Shown here one piece after another: positions 22,341 through 34,095 of a DNA stretch of 64,000 nt (its first letter is position 1; each line of letters starts with the position of its first letter). The DNA comes from Chrysemys picta bellii (Eukaryota), in NCBI RefSeq assembly GCF_011386835.1, contig NC_088802.1, positions 3,658,001 through 3,722,000 of the forward strand. The letters are read 5' to 3'. The notes under the pieces are model-generated. The model was not told where the DNA came from. It ran no database searches and worked only from the letters and a program-made list of their open reading frames with translations. The translations under genes and the position numbers were made by a program.

Positions 22341-25048
22341 CCAGCCAAGTGGAGACGGGGTGAAAACAGCTGAGGAGCGTGAAGCAAGAAACGTAAGCCG
22401 GGCACGTGGCTGGCGATGGAAACAAGAGATGCCTGGCTCATGACTTGTGCAAAAGTGCAAACACGATTGTGCAAACCTGGGAGCCGAGCACATCCCCCTG
22501 GGCTGGGATTTCTGTCCCCCCACAGGGGAGCAGGGAATGGGACACAGGGCCTTTCCCCTCTATGGGGCACTAGCTCCACAATCCAGCCCCAGCGCACGTG
22601 AGCCGTGGCTTGTGAAAATGTGCCCGGCAGGTTAGAGCCAATGGAGCGTCGACACGTGAGCAGCACCTCACGCTGACCGTGCCGGGCTATCGCTCCCAAT
22701 CTGGCTGGGCGTTTGCCCGGTGCCTCATCAGAGCATTTGGCAGTCGTGCGCAGCACGAGCATTGAAGCAGACGACTCGCAGAGATTACACGCGGCCCTCG
22801 TGACAAAGCAAGAGATGTGCAGCCTCGCACGAGGAGATGACCTGGCCGTTTCCACGCCCACGGGGACTCCAGGAGGGCATCCAAGACACACACACACACA
22901 CCCCGTGCGATTGAATCCTCTGCCAGCCTTTACACCCTATTCCCTTCCTTCTTTCCGTAGCAGCCGCTTCTCCATGTGCCTGGATTTCCCCGTGCGAACA
23001 ATCCCAATCACCATGGCGCCCACGGAGCCGCTTCCCCGCTCCCTTCTTCCTTCCCGGGGAGGGGAGACGGAAAAGAAGGGAGTGAAAACGCGCCGGAAAG
23101 GCCAGAAACACTGGATTTTTCAGCCTGTTCCTAAAACGGGGTTCTTCTTCCTGTTCCTAAACCGGACCTTTCCTGCTCACGACACTGGTGAATGGCTCTC
23201 CCACCTGCCACAGATCCACCTCTCCCCTGGGTTATTTTTTCCTTCTTTGGCTCTGGCACCAAAAAAAAAAAAAAAAGCGTTTCTAACCAATCACCTGTTC
23301 GTTTTTCTCCACCCTCCTGCTCCACTTGTGCCCATTGCAGTCTAACGTGCGCCGCAGAACCAACCCCCAGCGAATGGTTTGTGCATAACTCCCGCCCACT
23401 CTGAATTTGCTGCAGCAGAGTGTGCCTAGCTCCCTCCTCAGCTACTGCGCACCTGCTGGCGGGAGGCTGGTATTGCAAGCCTGGGAATTGACCCCCCCCG
23501 GAGGCAGAAGCCAAGAGGTGCACCCCCAGAGGGGAAGTGTGGCTCGGGAGGCAGGGAGTTGGGAGACCAAGACCCCCCCCCCCCAATAGGATTTATTCTG
23601 TCGCCTGTAGTTCGGGCCCATTCCCTGCTGGCCACAGCGGTCGCTTCCCTGGATCGGGTCCTACACAACCAAACCAAAGCTGCAGGCAGCTCTCTGCCTA
23701 GCCCGGGTTCAGGTGGGGAGGGGAGTGGGGCCTAGTGGTTAGAGGGGGGGGGCTGGGAGCCAGGACTCCTGGGTTCTCTCTCTTGCTGCCCCCATGATCT
23801 GAGCTTCAGTCTTTTCCTGTTACACCCGCCCCAGTGAGAAGAGGCAGTGTCAGGGCTGCGGCGCTAGCCCAGGGTGGGGGGTTTCCTGGGTGGGGAGGTA
23901 ACCATGGCCCGGTGGCCTTGGGGGGTTAAATCCTGCCCGGCAAGGCCCCTCCCTGAGTCAGCGGCTGGGGTTCTGGGTCCCACCTTAGCTTCCCTGCTGG
24001 AGCTGGGAGCCACACGCTGTCTCCCACTCCATGCAGCAGGGTGTGGTACCGTCACACTGCGAACTCTGCCTGGGAAACTAGAGGGGGCGCTGTCCCTGGC
24101 TCTGAGTGATGGACCTCTGTGCATCTGGGCTGCAGGGGGCGGGGCAGGGGGTGCTGGGCTGCAGGGGGCGGGGGCTCAGCAGGGGGTGCTGGGCTGCAGG
24201 GGCTGGGGCGGGAGCTCAGCAGGGGGTGCTGGGCTGCAGGGAACGGGGCAGGAGGGGGCGCTGGGCTGCAGGGAGCAGGGCAGAAGAGGATGTTCTTCCC
24301 CATGTTACAAAGCCGGACACGGACACCACAAGTTGTTTGGGTAACAAGTCATTTAATAAGGCACCAAGAGGCGGGCGCGAGTGCGCAGCAGCTTCCCGTC
24401 AAGACACGGCCCCGGATTCTCGCTCCCGCCCAGTAAAACCCAAATCACTTTCCCCACATCCGATTCAGCAGGGGAAAAAAAAAAGAGAGAAAAGATTGGA
24501 GGGAAGCAGGTGGCAGGGATGCAGCCAGAGGGGTGAGGACCCACTCGCCTCCTGCTGGAGAAAAAGAGTCTTACACTATTTACACCATTCCCTAAAAAAG
24601 AGCTACAAAGTCTAGAGGAACATGGCTGATCTAGAATCCACCCCCCGAGGTTCCTGGGATGGGAGATGGGGGGCTGTGGGGACCCTGGGGGTTGTTGCGG
24701 AGCAGCCGGACACTCCGGATGCTGGAGGGGGTTGTGTGGTTTTGGAGTCATGGTGGTTCTAAACTCCTGTCCTGGTTCTGGAGTCACTGTGGGTCTAGAC
24801 TTGACACGTGTTGGTTCTGGAATCACCCTGGTTCAGTATCATGATGGCTTTGGCAAAGGGAGCAAGGTTCTAGACTTACTGTACTTGTTCTAGAGTCAAA
24901 GAGCTGCTGTGGCTCTGGACCATCCCCCCTGCAACCTGAGGTTCCTGAAGGGGACATAAGGTTTGGACACCCCTGCTCTAGACCCTCCATGGGTGAAGGC
25001 CTCCAAAGTGGGTGACTGGGCTCTAGAGCCAGAGTGGTTAGTCTAGAT

Positions 25049-25207
25049 CAGTGGTTCTCAAACTGTGGGTTGGGCTCAGGCTTTAGCTCCTCCACCCGGG
25101 GCAGTGGGAATCAGGTGGACTCAGGCTTCAGTTCCCCCCTCTTGGGGTCATGTAGTAATTTTTATGGTCAGAAGGGGGTCACAGTGCAATGAAGTTTGAG
25201 AAGCCTG
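25049..25207. mobile_element. hAT (Charlie-like) MITE
   Basis: Ends cagtggttctcaaac / gtttgagaagcctg, with 8-bp TSD GTCTAGAT (25041-25048 and 25208-25215). Confidence 0.85.
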
Positions 25208-26043
25208 GTCTAGATCACGTACACATAGGTTGACAGAAGATCACCGTGATGGAGTCCTAGTTTCACCAGGATGTTCTAGAGCGCCTACAGACTGAAGGGC
25301 TACACTGGAGGTTCTAGATCAACACCCAGAGGCTCTCAACAGGGGTGGCCTGATTCTAAAGCATTCATGGTTGTACTAGAACCCTCCCACCTTGAAGGGC
25401 CAATGTTTTGGATTCCACAAGGTTCTAGATCCCTGACCTGCAGCCCAAGATACCTGAAAGGAGCTGACAGGAATTGAGCCACCAGAACTTTCTTAGCTAT
25501 TCTAGACCTATAAAGATATTACAGGACTTTCTGGCATCACATGTTGAGATACCTAGAACACCAGCAGCTCCAGATTGTCCACTGAGAGACTGTAGCTGTT
25601 CTAGACCTCAGATGGCTGGGACATGGTGGGTTCTAGAACACATTGAGAACATCCCACTTCTAGAGCCAGCCTGGTTGGGAGTGTTTGCGGTCCAGAGCCT
25701 CTGGAGCCAAGATGGGGTGCTGGCTCGAGAATCCTTGCTTGGGCTAGACAAGGCTGATCTAGAACCATTCCTTCCCCCTGCATTGGGTTGTTTCGTGCAT
25801 TGAGGCCTTTCAGACTTGGGGGGAGATTTGCCTGTAAATAAAAAGGTACCCACAATGCCTTGCCTTAAAATTAAAAATGGGGGGAGAGGTGTGCAAATCA
25901 CCCCCCTCCTGGGAAATTTACCCACAATCCTTTGCCATAAAGTTAAGGGGGGGTGTTTCCAGTTAAAATTCCCTGTCCTGCCACAAGCCTGTCAGTGTCT
26001 GCCCCCTGCCAGGTCCGCCTGCCCCACCCACACCCCCAGGCGT

Positions 26044-29000
26044 TCAGGTGGAGTGCATGGGGTGGCCCATGAGGGGGGGTCCTGGGGGAGTGGGGTCAAA
26101 GGGCTCCCCCCCGTGGTGGAACTGGGGCACGTAGAGGGTGGCGAAGGCGGCGGCGTTGTAACCCTGGGGGGGCGGGGGATGGTGCCCCATGGGAGGCCCT
26201 GGCAGCTGGGCGGGGGGAGCGAAGGGCAGGGCCCCCCCCTCGCAGTCGTCACGGACGGAGCAGCCCCCGCTGCGCTTCCCCTTCTGCCGGCGGTTGCAGA
26301 ACCAGACACGGACCACCTGGGCGGGGGGACAGACGGACGGATGTCAGCACCATGGGACGGACTGTCCCCACGCCCCTTCCCCACAGACCGCCTGTGCCCC
26401 TGCCCCCCACAGCTCCCCCATGGACCGCACCCTCCCCAAACCCTTAACCCACAGCCCTCCATGCACACAGGTCCCCTATGTGCTGCACCCTCCTCTACCT
26501 AGCCCCCTAACCCGCAGCCCCCCATGCCCCTCTCCCACATAGCCCCCGCCCATGCACACAGCCCCCCCACACCTTAGCCCCTGGGACTCACGTCCTTGTC
26601 GAGGTGCAGGTCGTGGGCGATGTGGGCGATCTCCTGTAGGCTGGGCTTGGGGCAGCGCAGGAAGTAGCTCTCAAGGGAGCCCCGCGCCGCTGTCTCGATG
26701 CTGGTTCGCTTCCGCTTGCGGGCCTGGAGCAGGGCGCTCTCCATGCTGCACATCTGGGGGACAGGTGGGGGCCCCCCCACAGAGTCACCTCAGCACCTTG
26801 ACTCAACCCGTCCCCCCACAGTGCCCCCAAATCACCCCGTCCCCCCGCAGAGTCACCGCAGCGCCTCGACTCACCCCGTCCCCCCGCAGCACCCCCAAAT
26901 CACCCCGTCCCCCCGCAGACTCACTGCAGCTCCCCGACTCACCCTGTCCCCCCGCAGCACCCCCAAATCATCCCGTCCCCCCTCAGTCACCACAGCGCCT
27001 TGACTCACCCCATCCCCCAGCAGTCACCACAGCACCTAGACTTACCCCATCCCCCGTCCCCCCGCAGAGTCACCCCAGCACCTCGACTGACCCCATCCCC
27101 TCACAGAGTCACCACAGAAGGCCATTGCCCCCTTGGCACATCAACCCCCACACTCACCCCACCTGCGCCTGCCCCTGGCTCCTCTATTTCCCCCACAGAG
27201 TCACCCCAGCACCCCCAGGACTCCCCTGAGTCACCCAAGTATCCCACCCAGCCCTAGTCCCTCCCAGAGTCAACCCAGCGCCCCCCGTTTCCCTCCCCAA
27301 GTCACACCAGCAGCCCCCCAGCAGGCCGTTGCCCCCCATCACACCAACCCACTCACCCCAGCCCCCCCAGAGCAGGGCACCATCCCCCCACAGTCACCCC
27401 AACCCCCCACAACCTCCCCCCCAAACACACAGCAGGCCGTCGCCTCACCCGGTCCCCAACATGCCAACCACCCTTTGGGCCCAGCCCCCCGCTCTCGCCC
27501 CACAGGTGCCCCCCCAAAATCCCACCCACCTCCTGCAGGTTGGCGTTGCCGTCGGCCTCGTCCAGCCAGCGCTGAAGCAGCGGCTTCAGCTTGCACATGT
27601 TCTTGAAGCTGAGCTGCAGGGCCTCGAAGCGGCAGATGGTCGTCTGGCTGAACATCTTCCCTGCGGGGTGCGAGGGGGGGTTCAGAGCCCAGGGCGGGGG
27701 GCAGCCCCCCCCCAGCCATCTCACTGCGGGGGGGAGCCCCTTCCCTCCGAACGGACCCGGCGTCCGGGCCCCTCCCTCACACCCCCTTGGAAATGGGCCC
27801 AGGTGTCCAGGGACATCCCCCATCCTGTGAACGGAGCCCGGCATCTGGGCCCCTCCCCCCCACCCCCTTGGAAATGGGCCCCGGTGTCCAGGGACACCCC
27901 CCTGCCCTGTGAACAGACCCTGGCATCCGGGACCCTCCCTCACACCACTTTGGAAATGAACTCAGGTGTCTAGGGACACCCTCACGTCTCAGAAGGAACC
28001 CCGGCGTCCTGGTGAACCCCCCCCCCCCCCCAGGAGAAACAGCACCCTGGCATCCCCCAGGCCCATCCAGGAATGGACCCCGGCGTCCTGGTGCCCCCCC
28101 CTCCCCCCGCAATGACACCCACCGTACAGCACGCCCAGGGCCAGCCCCACGTCAGCCTGCGTGAACCCCAGCGTGATCCGCTTGTGCTTCAGCTCCTTGG
28201 CAAACTGCTCCATCTCCTCCGTGCTCGGGGTCTCCTGGAGGAGGGGACAGGGCCTGTCAGTAGGGAGAGGCAGGGAGAGAACCCAGGAGTCCTGGCTCCC
28301 AGCCCTGCCCCCGCTCTAACCACTAGACCCCACACCCCTCCCAGCTCCAGGGGATAGAACCCAGGAGTCCTGGCTCCCAGCCCTGCCCCTGCTCTAACCA
28401 CTAGACACTACTTCCCTCCCAGAGCTGGGGACAGTCCGCAGGGCTGGGCTAGCAGGAGGCTGTGGGTCTGGAGTGAGGGGCACCAGCAGAACTAGGGTGG
28501 GGGGAGTTTCCAGTCTGGAGCCAGGGCTCTGGCCTGGCCGATCGTCCTGCAGGAATCTGACCGCCCCAGTCCAGGGACTGAGGACACAGATGGAGCCCAG
28601 GTAACAACTGCCCCAGACGAGCGGATTGAATCTTTGTGAAGAGATTGTCCATTCCTGACACACCCAGAGCCCCTCCCCAACTAGCCAGGGAGAGAACCCA
28701 GGAGTTCTGGCTCCCCCCCCCCCCCCCCCGCCCCGCCCTAACCACCAGATCCCACTCCCCTCCCAGAGCCAGGAGAGAGCCCAGGAGTTCTGGCTCCCAG
28801 CCCCCCCGCTCTAATCACTAGCCCCCACTCCTCTCCCAGAGCTGGGGAGAGAACCCAGGAGTCCTGGCTCCCAGCCCCCCCTGCTCTAACCCGCTAGCCC
28901 CCACTCCTTTCCCAGAGCCGGGGAGTGAACCCAGGAGTCCTGGCTCCTGCCCCTGTGTTTGGAGACCTGGGGCACTGCATGGATGATCTGTTCCCATCAC

Positions 29001-30300
29001 CCAGGCAATGGCCCCATCGCTCAGGAATGAGAACGACCCCACACCTGTCTGACCAGCTCTGCAGCCACCTCTGGGGAACAGCAGCTGGGTGACACCCTCC
29101 CACCTTTGGGACAAGAAGGGAAGTTGTGTCCTGGCTCCCAGCCCAGCCCACTCTAACCACCAGCCCCCACTCCCCTCCCTAAGCCAGGAGAGAACCCAGG
29201 AGTCCTGGTTCCCAGCACCCCACCCTGCTCTAACCACTGGCCCCCACTCCCCTCCCTGAGCCAGGAGAGAACCCAGGAGTCCTGGCTCCCAGCCCCCCCC
29301 GCTCTAACCACCAGCCCCCTCTTCCCTCTCAGAGCCAGGGAGAGAACCCAGGAATCCTGGCTCCAGCCCCCTTGAGCTGGGGAGTGGGGCCAGGCCAGTG
29401 CGCTCTAGGGGGAATTCACAGGTGATTGTAAATCAGGGAGGGGTCCCAATTAGAGAGCAGGAACATATCTTCCTTTGGGGCAGCCGGACACAGAGCCCAG
29501 CCTGAAGGGGGGAGGGGGCTGGGAGCCAGGACTCTACTCCACTTCCTGTCCCAAACTCTGCCCAGCTGAGATGTGACGGGATCTGCTGGGATCTCTCTAG
29601 CACCACAGGGTGGAGCCAGCAGAGATCCCGAGGGACCCAGTCCGTAGCTCAGGGGATCTGCTGGGATCTCGCCCAGTCGTAGAGCCGTAGAGCCCGTCCA
29701 TACCTCGTCCCCGCTCTCGGCCTCCTCCACCTTGACCTCGCCGGGGGCCGCCGGCGCTCCAGGGCTGCCCCCGCTGCCATCACTCTGGGGGCTGCTGGCC
29801 CCGCTGCCCTCGCCCCCCTCGCCCGCGGGGCCAGCAGGCGGTGGGGGCAGGGCGGCCGGGGGGCGGGCAGTGGCCTGGGGCAGGAAGCAGCCCCCCCAGG
29901 CCTGGGCCGGGTGCCCGTACATGGGACCCTGTTGGCCGCACTCCCGCTCCGTCTTGACGTCAGGCTTCAGGCCTTCGTAGGCCGCAGCGGGCTGGGCGGG
30001 GCCGTAGGGGGGCGGCCAGCCCTCCCCGCCCATAGGGAAGGGGCACCAGGCGCGGAGCAGGGCCTGGTGCCCGGGGGGGTCCCCCGGCTGCGTTTCCAGG
30101 AGCCCCCCCTGCGGCCCGTAGTCCAGCCGGTAGCCGTAGCCCTGCCCGGGGGCCGCCCCATTGTAGGCCTCAGGCAGGAAGCTGCCGGGCCCCTCGTGGG
30201 GCGCCCCGTTGGCCGGGCCCGGCGGGACGGCGTCCAGGTGCAGGCCCTGCCCCGCCAAGGGGTACGGGCGCCCCAGTTCCTGCCCCACGTGGCCAGCCAT
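26044..30300 (-). CDS. POU5F1: POU class 5 homeobox 1 (OCT4)
   Basis: Exons 30300-29704 (MAGH...), 28234-28123 ([26 protein letters not shown]), 27660-27530 ([32 protein letters not shown]), 26753-26592 ([11 protein letters not shown]) and 26316-26044 ([15 protein letters not shown]). Phases are consistent. RKRKRTS (not RKRKRRTS) and TCF19 linkage indicate POU5F1 rather than POU5F3. Confidence 0.97.
26770..27250. repeat. Degenerate C-rich tandem repeat in a POU5F1 intron
   Basis: Recurring ccccaaatcaccccgtccccccgcagagtcac...actcaccc units. Confidence 0.75.
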
Positions 30301-30377
30301 GGTGACGGGCCTGGGGACGCAGGGAGTTGGCCACCTCGAGGGCACAGCTCGGTCCACGGGCACCAGGCCGAGGGGGC

Positions 30378-31340
30378 GGCGGGACCCAGGCGTCCGGGGT
30401 GAAGCTCTGCGGTGGTGGGACCCAGGCGTCTGAGCTGCAACTCAGCCACCAAGGGACCCAGGCGTCCGGGGTGAAGCTAAGCCGGTGGTGGGACCCAGGC
30501 GTCCGGGGGAGGCAGCTAAGCCGGCGGTGGGACCCAGGCGTCTGGGGTGAAGCTAAGCTGGTGGTGGGACCCAGGCGTCCAGGGGGTGAAGCTCTGCCGG
30601 TGGTGGGACCCAGGCGTCCAGGGGGTGCAGCTAAGCCAGTGGTGGGACCCAGGCGTCCGGGGGGGTGCAGCTAACTCGGCAGTGGGACCCAGGCGTCCGG
30701 GCTGCAGCTCAGCCAGCGAGGGACCCAGGCGTCCGGGGTGAAGCTAAGCCAGTGGTGGGACCCAGGCGTCCGGGGGGTGCAGCTAAGCCAGTGGTGGGAC
30801 CCAGGCGTCCAAGGGGTGCAGGTAGGCCAGCGAGGGACCCAGGCGTCCGGGGGTGTGCAGCTAAGTCAGCAGTGGGACCCAGGCGTCCGGGGTGAATCTC
30901 AGCTGGTGAGGGACCCAGGCGTCCGGGAGAATTTGGCTCCTACCTCCTGTGCTGTCCTGGCCAAGATTACGTCGGAGGAGCTGGTAAGAACCCAGGCGAC
31001 CGGGAGATTCTGGCCCCTAAATCCCTGCCAAGGCGAAGTCCAGGAGGAACCCAGGCGTCCGGGGAAAGTTCAGGGGTGGAAACCAGGCGTTCAGAAGGAG
31101 CTCAGGCGACCCAGGCGTCCGGGACAACGGAGCTCCCGCTCCTCGGCCCCCCGGACAAGCAGTGAAACCCAAGGGCGGGTGGAGGGAACCCAGGCGTCCG
31201 AGAGAAGGTAGTCCCCACTCCTCTGACCTCCTAGTTGCCCGGTGGACCCAAGGGGGGCTGGAGGGAACCCAGGCGTCCGAGAAAAGGTAGTCCCCACTCC
31301 TCTGACCTCCTAGCTGCCCGGTGGACCCAAGGGGGGCTGG
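30378..31340. repeat. gggacccaggcgtccgggg tandem array upstream of the POU5F1 ATG
   Basis: More than 20 copies of the core acccaggcgtcc at ~35-45 bp spacing. Confidence 0.9.
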
Positions 31341-31649
31341 AGGGAACCCAGGCGTCCGGGAGAAGCTGGACCCCAGCCAGCAGCAGCTCCTGCCTCTGCG
31401 CCAGTGCTGTCCCCCCCTCCCCCGTTAACCCCTCCCTGGCCGGGCCCCACCCCAGCCATTGGCTGCCCCCCTCCCTTCCCCGCTTCAGCTCCAAGGAGCC
31501 GGCCCCTCCCACCCGGATCAAAGCCAGGGGCTCTGCCAAGGCCGCCCCCCCCCCCCCGCTAAGTGCCCCATCGCCGCTCAATGGGTCCCACTTAGCTCCA
31601 GACAATGGCCCCGGGGCCTGCCGGGGGGGGGGGGGCACTGAGAGTGGGG

Positions 31650-32940
31650 GGCAGGACTCCTGGGGTCTCCGGGAGAGGAGGGGCTGGGAGCCCTATCCCT
31701 GGCTGGGGGGGGGGGGAGTGGGGTCTGGTGGTTAGAGCAGTGAGGGGCTGGGAGCCAGGACTCCTGGGTTCTCTCCCTGGCTATGGGAGGGAAGCGGGGG
31801 CTAGTGGTTAGAGCGGGTGGTGGAGGCTGGGAGCCAGGACTCCTGGGTTCTCTCCCTGGCTCTGGGAGGGAAGCGGGGGCTAGTGGTTAGAGCGGGTGGT
31901 GGAGGCTGGGAGCCAGGACTCCTGGGTTCTCTCCCTGGCTATGGGAGGGAAGTGGGGGCTAGTGGTTAGAGCGGGTGGTGGAGGCTGGGAGCCAGGACTC
32001 CTGGGTTGCCCCCCTGGCTCTGGTCGGGGTGGAGGTAGGATGAGTGAAGTGGGGCACAAAAGGGTGAAATCACTGACTTGACCTTCAAGGACAGCTCAGA
32101 AAGTCAATGGCGGAACCCAGGCGTCCTGGCTCCCAGCCCCCCTCAGCCCGGCCGATCGACCCCACTCCCTGGCCCTGCAGCGGACTTTGGGGGCGGGTGG
32201 TTCACGGCCAAGGGCTGGGGGGGGGAGCAGGCAGCGGAGGCGGCCAGGAAGCCAGCCCCCCGGGGGAGCCATCAAAGTCCGGCCTGCCCCATTGAAGTGA
32301 GAGCCGGACGCTTAGCAAGAGAATGGCTTTGATACATTGTGTGGGGCGGGGGGGGGGGGCACCAGGGGGGCGGGGGAGGGGCTGGGTTTATCTCCCGTTG
32401 GTTTCGGTCGGGTTTTGATCACTCAGCAGCCTGTGATGGGCGTGAGCCGGGCGGGGCTGTCTGCGGGGCTGGGAGCCAGGACTCCTGAGTTCTCTCCCTG
32501 GCTCGGGGAGGGGAGTGGGGTCTAGTGGTTAGAGCAGGGGGGATGGGAGCCAGGACTCCTGGGTTCTCTCCCTGGCTCTGGGAGGGGAGTGGGGTCTAGT
32601 GGTTAGAGCAGGGGGGGCTGGGAGCCGGGACTCCTGGGTTCTCTCCCTGGCTCGGGGAGGGGAGTGGGGTCTAGTGGTTAGAGCAAGGGGGCTGGGAGCC
32701 AGGACTCCTGGGTTCTCTCCCTGGCTTGGGGAGGGGAGGGGAGCTGGTGGGTTAGAGCAGGGGGTGCTGAGAGCCAGGACTCCTGGGTTCTCTCCCTGGC
32801 TCTGGGAGGGGAGTGGGGTCTAGTGGTTAGAGCAGGGGGGGCTGAGAGCCAGGACTCCTGGGTTCTCACCCTGGCTCGGGGAGGTGAGGGGAGCGGAGCT
32901 GGTGGGTTAGAGCAGGGGGGCTGGGAGCCAGGACTCCTGG
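31650..32940. repeat. Two SINE-head-like tandem arrays flanking a unique island (32030-32460)
   Basis: Units tagtggttagagc...ctgggagccaggactcctgggttctctccctggctctgggagggg at 31650-32020 and 32460-32940. Confidence 0.85.
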
Positions 32941-33149
32941 GATCTCCCGGCTGGGCGGGGCAGGGTTTGGCCCCCCAGCACTTAGCAGGCCGTTGGGGGG
33001 TGAATGCCCCGGCCCGGGCGCTATTGTGGCCGGGATGGCCAGTGACACACTCAGCTATTCAGGTATCAATGGCCCAACCCTGGGCCCAGCTGACCTGGGA
33101 GCGGCTCATTGTGTTTCCCTGGATGGGCTGTTAAACCTGAGGCCTCAAC

Positions 33150-34095
33150 CTGTGGGCTGCGGGTCGGGAGTGAAGGGCACCGGCGGAGCAGGGGGGCCAG
33201 GGCTGGGCTGGCGGGGGCTGCGGGTCGGGAGTGAGGGGCACCGGCGGAGCAGGGGGGCCAGGGCTGGGCTGGCAGGGGGCTGCGGGTCGGGAGTGAGAGG
33301 CACCGGCAGAGCTGGGGGGGCAGGGCTGGGCTGGCAGGGGGCTGCGGGTCGGGAGTGAGGGGCACCGGCGGAGCAGGGGGGCCAGGGCTGGGCTGGCGGG
33401 GGCTGCGGGTCGGGAGTGAGAGGCACCGGCGGAGCAGGGGGGCCAGGGCTGGGCTGGCAGGGGGCTGCGGGTCGGGAGTGAGAGGCACCGGCAGAGCTGG
33501 GGGGGCAGGGCTGGGCTAGCAGGGGCTGCGGGTCGGGAGTGAGGGGCACCGGCAGAGCTGGGGGAGCCCAGGGCTGGGCTAGCAGGGGCTGCGGGTCGGG
33601 AGTGAGGGGCACCGGCGGAGCAGGGGGGCCAGGGCTGGGCTGGCAGGGGGCTGCGGGTCGGGAGTGAGAGGCACCGGCAGAGCTGGGGGGGCAGGGCTGG
33701 GCTGGCAGGGGGCTGCGGGTCGGGAGTGAGGGGCACCGGCGGAGCAGGGGGGCCAGGGCTGGGCTGGCGGGGGCTGCGGGTCGGGAGTGAGAGGCACCGG
33801 CGGAGCAGGGGGGCCAGGGCTGGGCTGGCAGGGGGCTGCGGGTCGGGAGTGAGAGGCACCGGCAGAGCTGGGGGGGCAGGGCTGGGCTAGCAGGGGCTGC
33901 GGGTCGGGAGTGAGGGGCACCGGCAGAGCTGGGGGGCAGGGCTGGGCTGGCAGGGGGCTGCGGGTCGGGAGTGAGGGGCACCGGCAGAGCTGGGGGGGGC
34001 AGGGCTGGGCTGGCAGGGGCTGTGGGTCGGGAGTGAGGGGCACCGGCAGAGCTGGGGGGGCAGGGCTGGGCTAGCAGGGGGCTGCGAGTCGGGCA
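33150..34095. repeat. ~61-bp GC-rich minisatellite (copy 1)
   Basis: About 15 copies of gggctgcgggtcgggagtgaggggcaccggcagagctgggggggcagggctgggctggcagg. Confidence 0.92.

Noticed and set aside
22713-23345. 210-aa ORF and CpG/CCAAT-rich sequence 3' of TCF19
   Set aside because: No domain, biased composition and no supporting exon chain.
30378-31340. CRISPR-like appearance (constant core with variable spacers)
   Set aside because: The DNA is eukaryotic, the spacers are related to one another, and there are no cas genes. It is a degenerate minisatellite.
31740-31830. Possible tRNA genes (tagtggttagagc...ggttc)
   Set aside because: No cloverleaf or anticodon arm can be folded. These are SINE-head-like repeat units.
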